NCBI RefSeq assembly: GCF_014396165.1
Contig: NZ_CP060715.1
Location: 390,001-422,000 of the forward strand
Source: Erysipelothrix inopinata
GTDB lineage: Bacteria; Bacillota_I; Bacilli_A; Erysipelotrichales; Erysipelotrichaceae
Length of the DNA stretch: 32,000 bases
Direction of reading: 5' to 3'
In this document: piece after piece, positions 16,520 through 24,812 of the stretch
Numbering within the stretch: the stretch's first letter is position 1
Layout: each line of letters begins with the position of its first letter
Made by a program: the position numbers and the translations under genes
Notes under the pieces: generated by a model
Databases searched by the model: none
Seen by the model: only the letters and a program-made list of their open reading frames with translations
What the model was told of the DNA's origin: nothing

Positions 16520-18596
16520 GATGTTTCACACCCCTTTTTCGTGGTTCAATAAATTCAAATTGAATGCTATGTTCAAGTTCATCAACAGCAACTAATTTAA
16601 CTTTAACTTGTTGCCCTACTGCGTAAACCTTTTTAGTTCTTTCACCCATCATTTTCTGAGCTGCAGCATCATATTGATAATAATCATCACGTAATGTTCT
16701 AACGTGAACAAGCCCTTCAATTGTATTCGGAAGTTCCACAAAGATTCCAAAGTTGCTGACGCCTGAGATAAATCCCGTGTAACGTTCACCAATTTTATCA
16801 CTCATAAACTGAGCTTTCTTAATTTTTTCAACTTGTCTTTCTGCCTCAAGAATTGAACGTTCTTTCGAAGACGTGTGTTTTCCAGCTTCAATTGTTGCAA
16901 GTTCATCTTGCTCAAAATGACTGAAGTCATGATTTAAAAGATATTTCTTCAAACGTTGATGTAAAAGAAGATCAGGATAACGACGAATTGGAGATGTGAA
17001 GTGAGCATAATCTTCTAATGCTAACCCAAAGTGACCCACGGGCGTTTCTGAATACTTCGCTTTACTCATCGATCGCAACATGAGTCGCGATACCACAGGG
17101 TATTCTGGTTTCCCTTCAAAGAACTCAAGGGCTTTTTGTATTGTCTTTGGATGGACATCATCAAGGCTTCCCTTCATACGATATCCAAGGATACGCAAGG
17201 TATGTGACAACTCTTGCATTTTTTCTTTCGTTGGTTTTTCGTGAACACGGTAAAGAATTGGAATGCTTTGATGCTTACAGTGACTTGCAACCACTTCGTT
17301 GGCACAAACCATGAACGCTTCAATCATCTCTTCAGCTTCACCTGTTTTACGTCTAAAGACATCTAAGACATTACCCTTGGAATCAATAATGAATTGACTC
17401 TCGTCACTATCAAAACCAATTGATCCCGCTTGCTCACGACGGTATTGTAAGCGACTCGCACAATCTAACATCATATCAATCATTTCCTGAACTTCACCCA
17501 AGTCTTCACCTGAATTCACTTCATTGTATGACATACGACGTTTTGAAGTAATGATAGATTCATAAATATTATAGTCAATGACGCCACCATTAAAGTCTAA
17601 GTCAATTTGACATGTCATAACAAAACGTTCAACATTCGGATGAAGTGAACATACACCATTCGATAGTTCCTTAGGCAACATTGGGACAACCCTGTCTACC
17701 ATATATACTGAGGAACTTCTCTCTAATGCACTTTTATCAATGACACTTCCTGCTTGAACATAATGAGCAACATCAGCGATATGAACATACAGACGATAAC
17801 CATTACCTTTTGCTTCCATATATATAGCATCATCCAAGTCTTTCGCATCCTCGCCATCAATCGTAATAACATATTGATCACGATGGTCCATACGACGCCC
17901 AAGTACTGATGAATCCACTTCTTGAGGAATGTTAGGAATTTCTTTGAGAACATCATCATTAAACTCCACATCAATTCCATAAACAAACAGTACCGAACGA
18001 ACATCCATTCCCGGTTCATCCGCACTTCCAAGCACATCAATAATATCGCAATGAATGACATCATCCACATGCGTTATTTTACCAATGACACGTTGGCCTT
18101 CTTGAAGTTTCATCGTACCCGCTTGATATTCAACAGCTTGTGTAATTTTTAAATCATACGGAATAAAAGTCAGTTTTTTATTTTTAAATTTCATCGTTCC
18201 TAAGATAACATCACGATTACGCTTAATAACCTTAACAATTTTTCCATATTCTTTATCGTCTTTTACACTCACAGATACTAAGACCGTATCCATATCCATT
18301 GCTTGATTAAAATCATCTTTACCAACATAAACAGATTTCAAATCATTCTCTACGAAACCAAAGTTTTCTCGCACAACACGAAATGTTCCGATTGTATATA
18401 TATTGGGATCAAGTAAATAGACGACCTCATCAATATAGATACTTTCATCATCCACCAAATCATCAAGAAGATGTTTTACTTCCGAAACAGAAAAACCAAA
18501 CATTTGGGAGAAGCTCTCTATCCAGACTTCCAATGTTTGTAATTGTTTTGATTGACGTAATGCATTTTTTATTAGTTCGTAATTATTATTAGTCAT
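16494..18596 (-). CDS. rnr: Ribonuclease R (3'-5' exoribonuclease, RNB family, C-terminal S1 domain and basic tail)
   Basis: 700 aa with an RNB catalytic region (ITIDGEDAKDLDDAI, HFGLALEDYAHFTSPIRRYPDLLLHQ), a C-terminal S1 domain (GFISGVSNFGIFVELP), and a Lys/Arg tail. The secG-rnr-smpB order matches Bacillus. Confidence 0.95.
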   Translation of the reverse strand: MTNNNYELIKNALRQSKQLQTLEVWIESFSQMFGFSVSEVKHLLDDLVDDESIYIDEVVYLLDPNIYTIGTFRVVRENFGFVENDLKSVYVGKDDFNQAMDMDTVLVSVSVKDDKEYGKIVKVIKRNRDVILGTMKFKNKKLTFIPYDLKITQAVEYQAGTMKLQEGQRVIGKITHVDDVIHCDIIDVLGSADEPGMDVRSVLFVYGIDVEFNDDVLKEIPNIPQEVDSSVLGRRMDHRDQYVITIDGEDAKDLDDAIYMEAKGNGYRLYVHIADVAHYVQAGSVIDKSALERSSSVYMVDRVVPMLPKELSNGVCSLHPNVERFVMTCQIDLDFNGGVIDYNIYESIITSKRRMSYNEVNSGEDLGEVQEMIDMMLDCASRLQYRREQAGSIGFDSDESQFIIDSKGNVLDVFRRKTGEAEEMIEAFMVCANEVVASHCKHQSIPILYRVHEKPTKEKMQELSHTLRILGYRMKGSLDDVHPKTIQKALEFFEGKPEYPVVSRLMLRSMSKAKYSETPVGHFGLALEDYAHFTSPIRRYPDLLLHQRLKKYLLNHDFSHFEQDELATIEAGKHTSSKERSILEAERQVEKIKKAQFMSDKIGERYTGFISGVSNFGIFVELPNTIEGLVHVRTLRDDYYQYDAAAQKMMGERTKKVYAVGQQVKVKLVAVDELEHSIQFEFIEPRKRGVKHHGRRRKKS

Positions 18597-18599
18597 AAA

Positions 18600-18624
18600 A
18601 ATAATAAAAACCGCATCTGCGGTT
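18600..18624 (-). terminator. Terminator-like hairpin between secG and rnr
   Basis: The minus strand reads AACCGC-AGAT-GCGGTT followed by TTTTATTATTTTT, which runs straight into the rnr ATG. Confidence 0.65.
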
Positions 18625-18626
18625 CT

Positions 18627-18851
18627 CTATTGTCCTAAAATAGCAATAATCACAAGTGCAAAATATAGAACACCCGTAACTAATGTCAGATTTGAAATTA
18701 CTTTTTCAGCGCCACGCTCTTTCGAGTTTGAAAATAAATCCAAACCTTTACTTCCCGAGAATGCACCCGTAAATCCTTCTGATTTTCCACTTTGTAATAG
18801 AGATAAAATAATTAATACCGCAGATGTAATAAGTAATAGTACTTTAACCAT
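18627..18851 (-). CDS. secG: Preprotein translocase subunit SecG
   Basis: 74 aa counted from ATG 18851 (AAAGGTGA 5 nt upstream). Two TM helices flank a Gly/Ser-rich loop (GKSEGFTGAFSGSKGLDLF). The track start is a GTG inside the SD. Confidence 0.9.
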   Translation of the reverse strand: MVKVLLLITSAVLIILSLLQSGKSEGFTGAFSGSKGLDLFSNSKERGAEKVISNLTLVTGVLYFALVIIAILGQ

Positions 18852-19029
18852 GTTATTCACCTTTTTCTTTTATGTACACCTTATTTTACCAAAAAAACAA
18901 ATTCAAAACAACGGTATTCATGTGATGATTTTGTTAAAACCTTTAATAAATGTGCTTTTTATGTGTGGAAGGCCAAATAGTCCGCCTCTTTTGCATCAAT
19001 ATGCTAAAATACTAGCAGGAGGTTTTCTA

Positions 19030-20190
19030 ATGATAAACTTAAACGATAAAGCAATTCCACGACGTAATATGAACTATAAATGGGATGAAATGCTCACAGC
19101 GAATCCTCATTCAATCCAAGAAGATCTTGTTCCCTTCACAGTAGCTGAAATGGAGTGGATGACAGATTCACATATTATTGAAGCCGTTCAAGAATATATG
19201 GGCAACTGTATTTTAGGTTATACATTCCCAAATGAAGATTATTATCAAGCAGTTCAAGATTGGCTCCAAGATAACTATGGACTCAACGTAAGTCAAGAGG
19301 ATATTGTAATGACACCCGGAGTTATTACTGCACTGCGTACAGCCATCCAAATTATGACTGAAGAAAATGATGGCGTTATTGTATTAACACCCTCATACCA
19401 ATCATTCTTTAAAATTATCAATGAAACCAAAAGAACCTTAGTGAATATCTCACTTACAAATCACGAAGGAAATTATACCCTCAATACCGAAGCACTCGAA
19501 TCTGCTTTTGCCAATCCCAACAATAAAATGATGATTCTATGTAACCCCCATAACCCTGTGGGTCATATTTGGACACACGATGAGCTAAGCACCCTAGCGC
19601 AACTCAGCTCAAAGTACAACATCCCTGTAGTAAGTGATGAAATACACGCAGATCTTATTATGCCAGGATATACGTTTACTTCATATGCGAATTTTGACCC
19701 TCACGCAATCATTTGTACCGCACCAAGCAAAACATTTAATCTTGCCGGTTTAAAACTTTCCAACATTATCATCAAAGATCTTGCTTTAAGAAATAAATTT
19801 GTGACACACGCATCACGTTATGGTGCAATGGGTGTCAATGCACTTGCCATCGTCGCAACTCATGCCGCCTATACTCAAGGAAGACCATGGCTCGATACTG
19901 TTATTACACAAATAAATAAAAATGCCTCTATCATTCAAGAGACATTTTCTAAAACAAAGGCAGTTGTTTCACCTTTGGAAGCAACATACCTCATGTGGAT
20001 TGACTTCAGACCTTATACAAAAGAGCATCCCGAACTCATTCAAGAATTTATTGATAACGGTGTCTTTGTACATGAAGGATCTCTATTTGGAGAAGATGGT
20101 AAGAACTTTATTCGTATGAATATTGCAACGCCACAACACTACATAGAAAAAGCCTGCACTACCATGCTAGATATCATAAACAAACTCTAG
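19030..20190 (+). CDS. PLP-dependent C-S lyase / aminotransferase class I-II (MalY/PatB-like cystathionine beta-lyase)
   Basis: 386 aa counted from ATG 19030 (AGGAGG 7 nt upstream). N-terminal RRNMNYKWDEM, the PLP-lysine motif SKTFNLAGLK, and LCNPHNPVG. The 60-codon N-terminal extension in the track ORF precedes the SD and looks non-coding. Confidence 0.9.
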   Translation: MINLNDKAIPRRNMNYKWDEMLTANPHSIQEDLVPFTVAEMEWMTDSHIIEAVQEYMGNCILGYTFPNEDYYQAVQDWLQDNYGLNVSQEDIVMTPGVITALRTAIQIMTEENDGVIVLTPSYQSFFKIINETKRTLVNISLTNHEGNYTLNTEALESAFANPNNKMMILCNPHNPVGHIWTHDELSTLAQLSSKYNIPVVSDEIHADLIMPGYTFTSYANFDPHAIICTAPSKTFNLAGLKLSNIIIKDLALRNKFVTHASRYGAMGVNALAIVATHAAYTQGRPWLDTVITQINKNASIIQETFSKTKAVVSPLEATYLMWIDFRPYTKEHPELIQEFIDNGVFVHEGSLFGEDGKNFIRMNIATPQHYIEKACTTMLDIINKL

Positions 20191-20373
20191 AATATCTCGA
20201 GGTTGACATTTTAATTCTGTACAAATTGCATTCAAGGTTGAAAAGCGTATCGCTTTCACCCTTGAATTTTTTAATTTTGACAGGTTTACCTCAGATATTT
20301 CAGTTCGTTCCGATAGTTCTTTAAGTGTCATTTTTCGATCTGCCATGACACGATCCAATCTTACGATTATCAT
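20167..20373 (-). CDS. Small XRE/Cro-type helix-turn-helix transcriptional regulator (YozG-like)
   Basis: 68 aa with MTLKELSERTEISEVNLSKLKNSRVKAIRFSTLNAICTELKCQPRDILEF, typical of short HTH_26/XRE proteins. GAGGTGAT lies upstream of the ATG. The 3' end overlaps the convergent C-S lyase gene by 24 nt. Confidence 0.85.
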   Translation of the reverse strand: MIIVRLDRVMADRKMTLKELSERTEISEVNLSKLKNSRVKAIRFSTLNAICTELKCQPRDILEFVYDI

Positions 20374-20542
20374 TCAATCACCTCTATTTTCGATTATACC
20401 ACATTTATTTTTAACGATAAACATTAATTATATTATGTTATTACTTGTGAAATGCTGTACTTTTGAATTTCTCGCTTTGTTTCATAGCCTTTCAGACTTT
20501 TTTAATTTACCATAGATTTTAGAAGGAAACAGGGGGTTTACC

Positions 20543-22867
20543 ATGGAAACAATAACCATTTTAAAACGCGATAATCAAAAAGCTACATTTAATGGCGAAA
20601 AGATTGCGGTAGCAATCAAAAAAGGATTTGATTCACTCGAATCTGATAAATATACAGGCGATGATGCCAACCACGTCTACAATGCAGTCTTAGAACAAAT
20701 TCAGGAAATATCTAAAACTGAAGAATATATCTCAATCGAGCACATCCAAGATCTCATTGAAAAAGAACTCTTACGACAAAACTATATTGAAGTATATGAA
20801 TCATTCAGTTCATATCGTAATCGTCGTAACGAATCCCGTAAGATTTTTATTGCGAAGCAACATAAGTTCTTGAAAGCAATCGAAAAACTTAATCAAAAAG
20901 AAGCTATCGATGCGGATGAAAAACGTGAAAATGCTAACGTTGATGGCAACAGCCCAATGGGAATGATGTTACAGTTTGGTTCTACTGTCTCAAAAGAATT
21001 TGCGAAAGCATATCAAATGAGCGAAGACTACTATGAAGCACATGATTCAGGTCAAATTCATATTCATGATATGGACTTCTTACCAATGGGAACAACAACA
21101 TGTAACCAAATCAATCTCGAACAACTTTTCGAACATGGATTCTCTACAGGTCATGGTCATTTAAGAAAACCTCAAGATATTATGTCTTATGCAGCACTTG
21201 CTGCTATCGCAATTCAATCAAACCAAAATGATCAACACGGTGGTCAAAGTATCCCTGCTTTTGATTATTACATGGCTCCAGGTGTGTTACTTACCTTTAA
21301 AAAACAATTCAAACAACGTGTTTATGACTTCCTTGAAATCTCAAATCTTTTAGATACTGTAGATATCAATGCAATCATCAAACATATCGATAAAGTTGAA
21401 TCGCTGACTTTAGATTTACAAGAATTTAGTAAGTTCTCAGATGATGCACATACATTAAAAATTATTGAAAAAGCATATGATAAAGCAGTTCGAGTTACCG
21501 ACCGCATTACATTCCAAGCGATGGAAGCATTCATCCATAACTTAAACACGATGCACTCACGTGCAGGAGCTCAAGTTCCATTCAGCTCTATAAACTTCGG
21601 AACAGATGTCTCTCCAGAAGGACGCATGGTTGTGGAAAACTACCTAAAAGCACTTGATAAAGGATTAGGAAAAGGAGAAACTCCAATCTTCCCTATTTCA
21701 ATCTTCAAAGTTAAAGAAGGTGTAAACTACTTCCCAGAAGACGTTAACTATGATTTGTTTAAACTTGCTATCAAAGTATCAGCAAAACGTCTCTTCCCTA
21801 ACTTCTCATTCATCGATTCTTCATATAATAAACAATATTATAAAGAAGGTCGTTACGAAACAGAAATCACTTATATGGGATGTCGTACTCGTGTTATGTC
21901 CGATATCTTCGCACCTGGGGAAGAAGTTGTAACAGGTCGTGGTAATCTAAGCTTTACATCCATCAACCTCGTAAGACTAGGAATTAAACACGGTATTCTC
22001 ACGAATGAAACACCAGACTTTGAAGGATTCTACGAAGAGTTAGAACACCTCATGGAACTTGTGAAATTCCAACTCATTGAACGTTATAAAGTTCAATGCA
22101 GTAAATCAGTATCCAACTTTAAATTCTTATTGGGACAAGGCGTTTGGATGGATTCAAAATCACTCAAACCAAAAGATAATCTCCACAAAGTGTTAAAACA
22201 CGGATCCCTTGCTTTTGGATTCATTGGTCTTGCAGAATGTCTAAAAGCATTAACAGGTAAGCATCATGGCGAAAGTGCTGAATCACAAAAAATCGGTTTA
22301 GAAATTGTTGGATTCATGCGCGATCTAGCAGATCGTTACACTGAGGAAGAACAATTGAACTTCTCACTCATTGCAACACCTGCAGAAGGACTCTCCGGAA
22401 GATTTGTAGCGATTGATCGTTCAATCTTTGGGTCAATTCCTGAAGTTACAGATCGTCATTACTATACAAACTCATTCCATGTACCAGTATATTATGATAT
22501 TTCAATTAAAGATAAAATTGCTCTTGAAGCACCTTATCACGAACTCACAAATGGTGGCCATATTACCTATGTTGAACTTGATGGTGACACCACTCAAAAC
22601 CTTGAAGCCTTTGAAGAAGTTGTTCGCCTCATGCACGACTATGAAATTGGTTATGGTGCCATAAATCACCCTGTCGACCGTGACCCAAGTTGTGGTTACA
22701 CCGGTATCATTAATGAAACGTGTCCAAGCTGTGGTCGTCACGAAGACGAAGGTGACTATGGCTTCGAAAGAATCCGCCGTATTACAGGATATCTTGTAGG
22801 AACTCTAGACCGCTTTAACGATGCAAAACGATCCGAAGAACACGATCGTGTTAAACACGACTTATGA
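20543..22867 (+). CDS. nrdD: Anaerobic ribonucleoside-triphosphate reductase (class III)
   Basis: 774 aa with an N-terminal ATP-cone (ILKRDNQKATFNGEKIAVAIKK), a C-terminal Zn site (CPSCG), and the glycyl-radical motif RIRRITGYL. AGGGGG lies 6 nt upstream of the ATG. Confidence 0.97.
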   Translation: METITILKRDNQKATFNGEKIAVAIKKGFDSLESDKYTGDDANHVYNAVLEQIQEISKTEEYISIEHIQDLIEKELLRQNYIEVYESFSSYRNRRNESRKIFIAKQHKFLKAIEKLNQKEAIDADEKRENANVDGNSPMGMMLQFGSTVSKEFAKAYQMSEDYYEAHDSGQIHIHDMDFLPMGTTTCNQINLEQLFEHGFSTGHGHLRKPQDIMSYAALAAIAIQSNQNDQHGGQSIPAFDYYMAPGVLLTFKKQFKQRVYDFLEISNLLDTVDINAIIKHIDKVESLTLDLQEFSKFSDDAHTLKIIEKAYDKAVRVTDRITFQAMEAFIHNLNTMHSRAGAQVPFSSINFGTDVSPEGRMVVENYLKALDKGLGKGETPIFPISIFKVKEGVNYFPEDVNYDLFKLAIKVSAKRLFPNFSFIDSSYNKQYYKEGRYETEITYMGCRTRVMSDIFAPGEEVVTGRGNLSFTSINLVRLGIKHGILTNETPDFEGFYEELEHLMELVKFQLIERYKVQCSKSVSNFKFLLGQGVWMDSKSLKPKDNLHKVLKHGSLAFGFIGLAECLKALTGKHHGESAESQKIGLEIVGFMRDLADRYTEEEQLNFSLIATPAEGLSGRFVAIDRSIFGSIPEVTDRHYYTNSFHVPVYYDISIKDKIALEAPYHELTNGGHITYVELDGDTTQNLEAFEEVVRLMHDYEIGYGAINHPVDRDPSCGYTGIINETCPSCGRHEDEGDYGFERIRRITGYLVGTLDRFNDAKRSEEHDRVKHDL

Positions 22868-23409
22868 AAATAAGACTCTCGTCGTTTGTCCCGGAATCCA
22901 TTGTAGATGGAGAGGGAATTCGATCAGTTGTCTTCACTCAAGGTTGTCCTCATAACTGCCCTGGGTGTCACAACCAAAAGACGATTCCATTCGAAGGTGG
23001 TAAGCTTGTGGATGTTGATGATGTGATTGATCAAATTCTACAAGTTGACCTTGGAAAAGTAACCTTCTCTGGCGGTGAACCTTTCGTTCAAGCAGAACCT
23101 CTTTACTACATTGCGAAGGAATTAAAGAAAAGAGGCTATAGCCTCTGGTCCTATACTGGATTTACGTATGAAGCATTAATGCGTCACCATGATCCCTTTG
23201 TCCAAAAATACCTAAGTCAATTGGACATCGTCATCGATGGACGATTTATGATTCGTAAACGAAGCCTTGCTGCTCTTTATCGCGGTTCATCTAACCAACG
23301 AATTATAGATGTTCCGAAATCCCTTGAAGCAGGTAAAGCCATTGTCTCCGATGTCTACGTTGATCCAGAAGAATCTACTGAAGACAGGGACTATGATATC
23401 TTCATATAA
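22864..23409 (+). CDS. nrdG: Anaerobic ribonucleotide reductase activating protein (radical SAM)
   Basis: A CxxxCxxC cluster motif (CPHNCPGC) and SGGEP. ATGA overlap with the nrdD stop. Confidence 0.95.
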   Translation: MKIRLSSFVPESIVDGEGIRSVVFTQGCPHNCPGCHNQKTIPFEGGKLVDVDDVIDQILQVDLGKVTFSGGEPFVQAEPLYYIAKELKKRGYSLWSYTGFTYEALMRHHDPFVQKYLSQLDIVIDGRFMIRKRSLAALYRGSSNQRIIDVPKSLEAGKAIVSDVYVDPEESTEDRDYDIFI

Positions 23410-23413
23410 ACAC

Positions 23414-23446
23414 AAAGACCTTAAGCTTGCTGCCTAAGGTCTTTTA
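23414..23446. terminator. Bidirectional terminator between nrdG (+) and the membrane-protein gene (-)
   Basis: AAAGACCTTA-(11 nt loop)-TAAGGTCTTT, with U-rich flanks in both orientations. It lies between convergent genes. Confidence 0.75.
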
Positions 23447-23812
23447 CTACTCTTTAGTTTTAAAGATAAAATAATGAATTGCCCACACCGATCCATAATA
23501 GATAACTAAAGTGCTAATCGATTGTAAGGGCGAAAATTTTGGTGAATTCTCTATGAGAAGATAGATTGCTTGCAAGGCAATAATTACCCAAGCAATGATA
23601 TTTTCTTTCTTTGAGGGTTTCAAAATAAGATAGGCAATGACAAAATAACTTGCCAATAATACCAATCTAAAGATTCCCATCAATGGATCACGTGTAAGTT
23701 CTTCCCAAATCCAAGAAAAACTCATAATGTTTAATGTTAATAACATCACGGCAGGTAGGTAAGCAAAGAAGGATAGAACAATGTGAATCCATTTTTTTAA
23801 TGTGTCACTCAT
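23447..23812 (-). CDS. Hypothetical integral membrane protein (about 4 TM)
   Basis: 121 aa, strongly hydrophobic, 15 nt downstream of the phosphatase gene (same operon). No family recognised. Confidence 0.6.
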   Translation of the reverse strand: MSDTLKKWIHIVLSFFAYLPAVMLLTLNIMSFSWIWEELTRDPLMGIFRLVLLASYFVIAYLILKPSKKENIIAWVIIALQAIYLLIENSPKFSPLQSISTLVIYYGSVWAIHYFIFKTKE

Positions 23813-23827
23813 GGTAGCCTCCAGAAA

Positions 23828-24556
23828 TTAAATCGTGTACATTTCCTTAAGTTGGTCACGTTTCTCACGTGTTAAACCGAATTCTTCTTCAAAGTAGTGA
23901 TCAAAGGTTCCATAAACACGACGAATTTCATCAAACGATGCTTGAAGATATGATGGACGAATGATTAATCCTGGAATTTTATAATAGAGAGTTTCCTCAG
24001 TTAAGTCTCCATTCATACGACGGCGTTCATTTTCAACGATTGCATCATAAGCATCCATTGATAACATATATTCATATGTTACAATGTCTTCTTTCACATC
24101 TAATGCAAGTAAAATCAATGATGTAGCAAGACCTGTACGGTCTTTTCCAGCTGTACAGTTATGCAAGTAAGGTGTTGCACCATCCTCTAATAAGATATTA
24201 AACATATTGATGTATGCCGGATTACTAAATGGTAATTTTTTATAGAATTCATCCATGGATTCTGTAGTCAATATTGTATACGGTACTGTTTTATCTGTTT
24301 CAAATAATCCTAAGTGTGCGGATGCAGAAATAGTATGAACATTCTTAGCAAAACTTTCTCGTTGTTCATCACTGTCTAACTCTGTTAATTCACGATAATC
24401 CAATAGGTGTTGAATATTGAGTGATCTTAGATAATCACGGTCTTCCTCAGTTAAATCACGGTATGATCCACAGCGATAAAAGGTATCTTTTTTAACGCGA
24501 CGACCATCTTTTGTTTGGTATCCCCCAAAATCTCTAAAGTTTATTAGTTCACTCAT
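23828..24556 (-). CDS. Protein-tyrosine phosphatase-like protein (Y_phosphatase3 family)
   Basis: N-terminal NFRDFGGY and a CX5R P-loop, CTAGKDRTG. The loop is preceded by HN rather than the usual His directly before Cys. GGAGGT lies upstream of the ATG. Confidence 0.85.
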   Translation of the reverse strand: MSELINFRDFGGYQTKDGRRVKKDTFYRCGSYRDLTEEDRDYLRSLNIQHLLDYRELTELDSDEQRESFAKNVHTISASAHLGLFETDKTVPYTILTTESMDEFYKKLPFSNPAYINMFNILLEDGATPYLHNCTAGKDRTGLATSLILLALDVKEDIVTYEYMLSMDAYDAIVENERRRMNGDLTEETLYYKIPGLIIRPSYLQASFDEIRRVYGTFDHYFEEEFGLTREKRDQLKEMYTI

Positions 24557-24624
24557 AATGTAACCTCCATTGGGCCTATTTTATCACAGTTTAAGGTAAT
24601 TAACGAAATTTTAACAATCTCTTT

Positions 24625-24653
24625 ATGAAATAATCACGAACTGTTGGTAGGAT
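24625..24653 (+). promoter_or_regulatory. Candidate promoter of the msrA-upstream leader or small RNA
   Basis: ATGAAA (24625..24630), a 17-nt spacer ending in TGG, then TAGGAT (24648..24653). This is an extended -10 arrangement, and the predicted start is near 24660. Confidence 0.35.
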
Positions 24654-24737
24654 ACACTCAAGAGCTTAGTGCTCGATAACAAATATTGAGATTCTCCATC
24701 ATTAATATTTGTTTGGCCAGCTTAGACCACTGTGCCT

Positions 24738-24758
24738 GGACCTTCGGGTCCTTTTTCT
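24738..24758 (+). terminator. Intrinsic terminator inside the divergent intergenic region upstream of msrA
   Basis: GGACC-TTCG-GGTCC (UUCG tetraloop) followed by TTTTTCT, 55 nt before the msrA ATG. Confidence 0.65.
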
Positions 24759-24812
24759 ATACTTTTGGATTTTAGTTGCGTACAATGTTTCTATAGAAAA
24801 GGAAGTGGCATT

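Noticed and set aside
6381-18592. Track ORFs 6381..6578(+), 11716..11937(+), 11768..12049(+), 12827..13024(+), 13181..13408(+), 13488..13670(-), 15142..15372(+), 16097..16381(+), 17723..18070(-), 17922..18152(+), 18383..18592(+)
   Set aside because: These are shadow or off-frame ORFs within comFC, the TrkA genes, the P-type ATPase, smpB and rnr. I saw no independent signals and no recognisable motifs.
18850-19029. 60-codon N-terminal extension of the C-S lyase ORF (track start 18850)
   Set aside because: The extension overlaps the secG start region on the other strand, reads as hydrophobic junk, and precedes a perfect AGGAGG-7 nt-ATG at 19030, from which the protein aligns with the MalY/PatB N-terminus.
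20398-20438. Confident call of tandem NrdR boxes upstream of nrdD
   Set aside because: Neither candidate matches the 16-bp NrdR consensus well; the right half-sites are poor. I kept it only as a low-interest finding, not as a feature.
19922-22741. Track ORFs 19922..20119(+), 21322..21549(-), 21750..21932(+), 22413..22664(+), 22502..22741(-)
   Set aside because: These are alternative-frame or antisense ORFs inside the lyase gene and nrdD, with no supporting signals.
24732-24812. 27-codon upstream extension of msrA (track start 24732, GTG)
   Set aside because: It spans the GGACC-TTCG-GGTCC terminator hairpin and its U-tract and lies upstream of the msrA SD. MsrA homologues begin near MKEIVLAGGCFWG.
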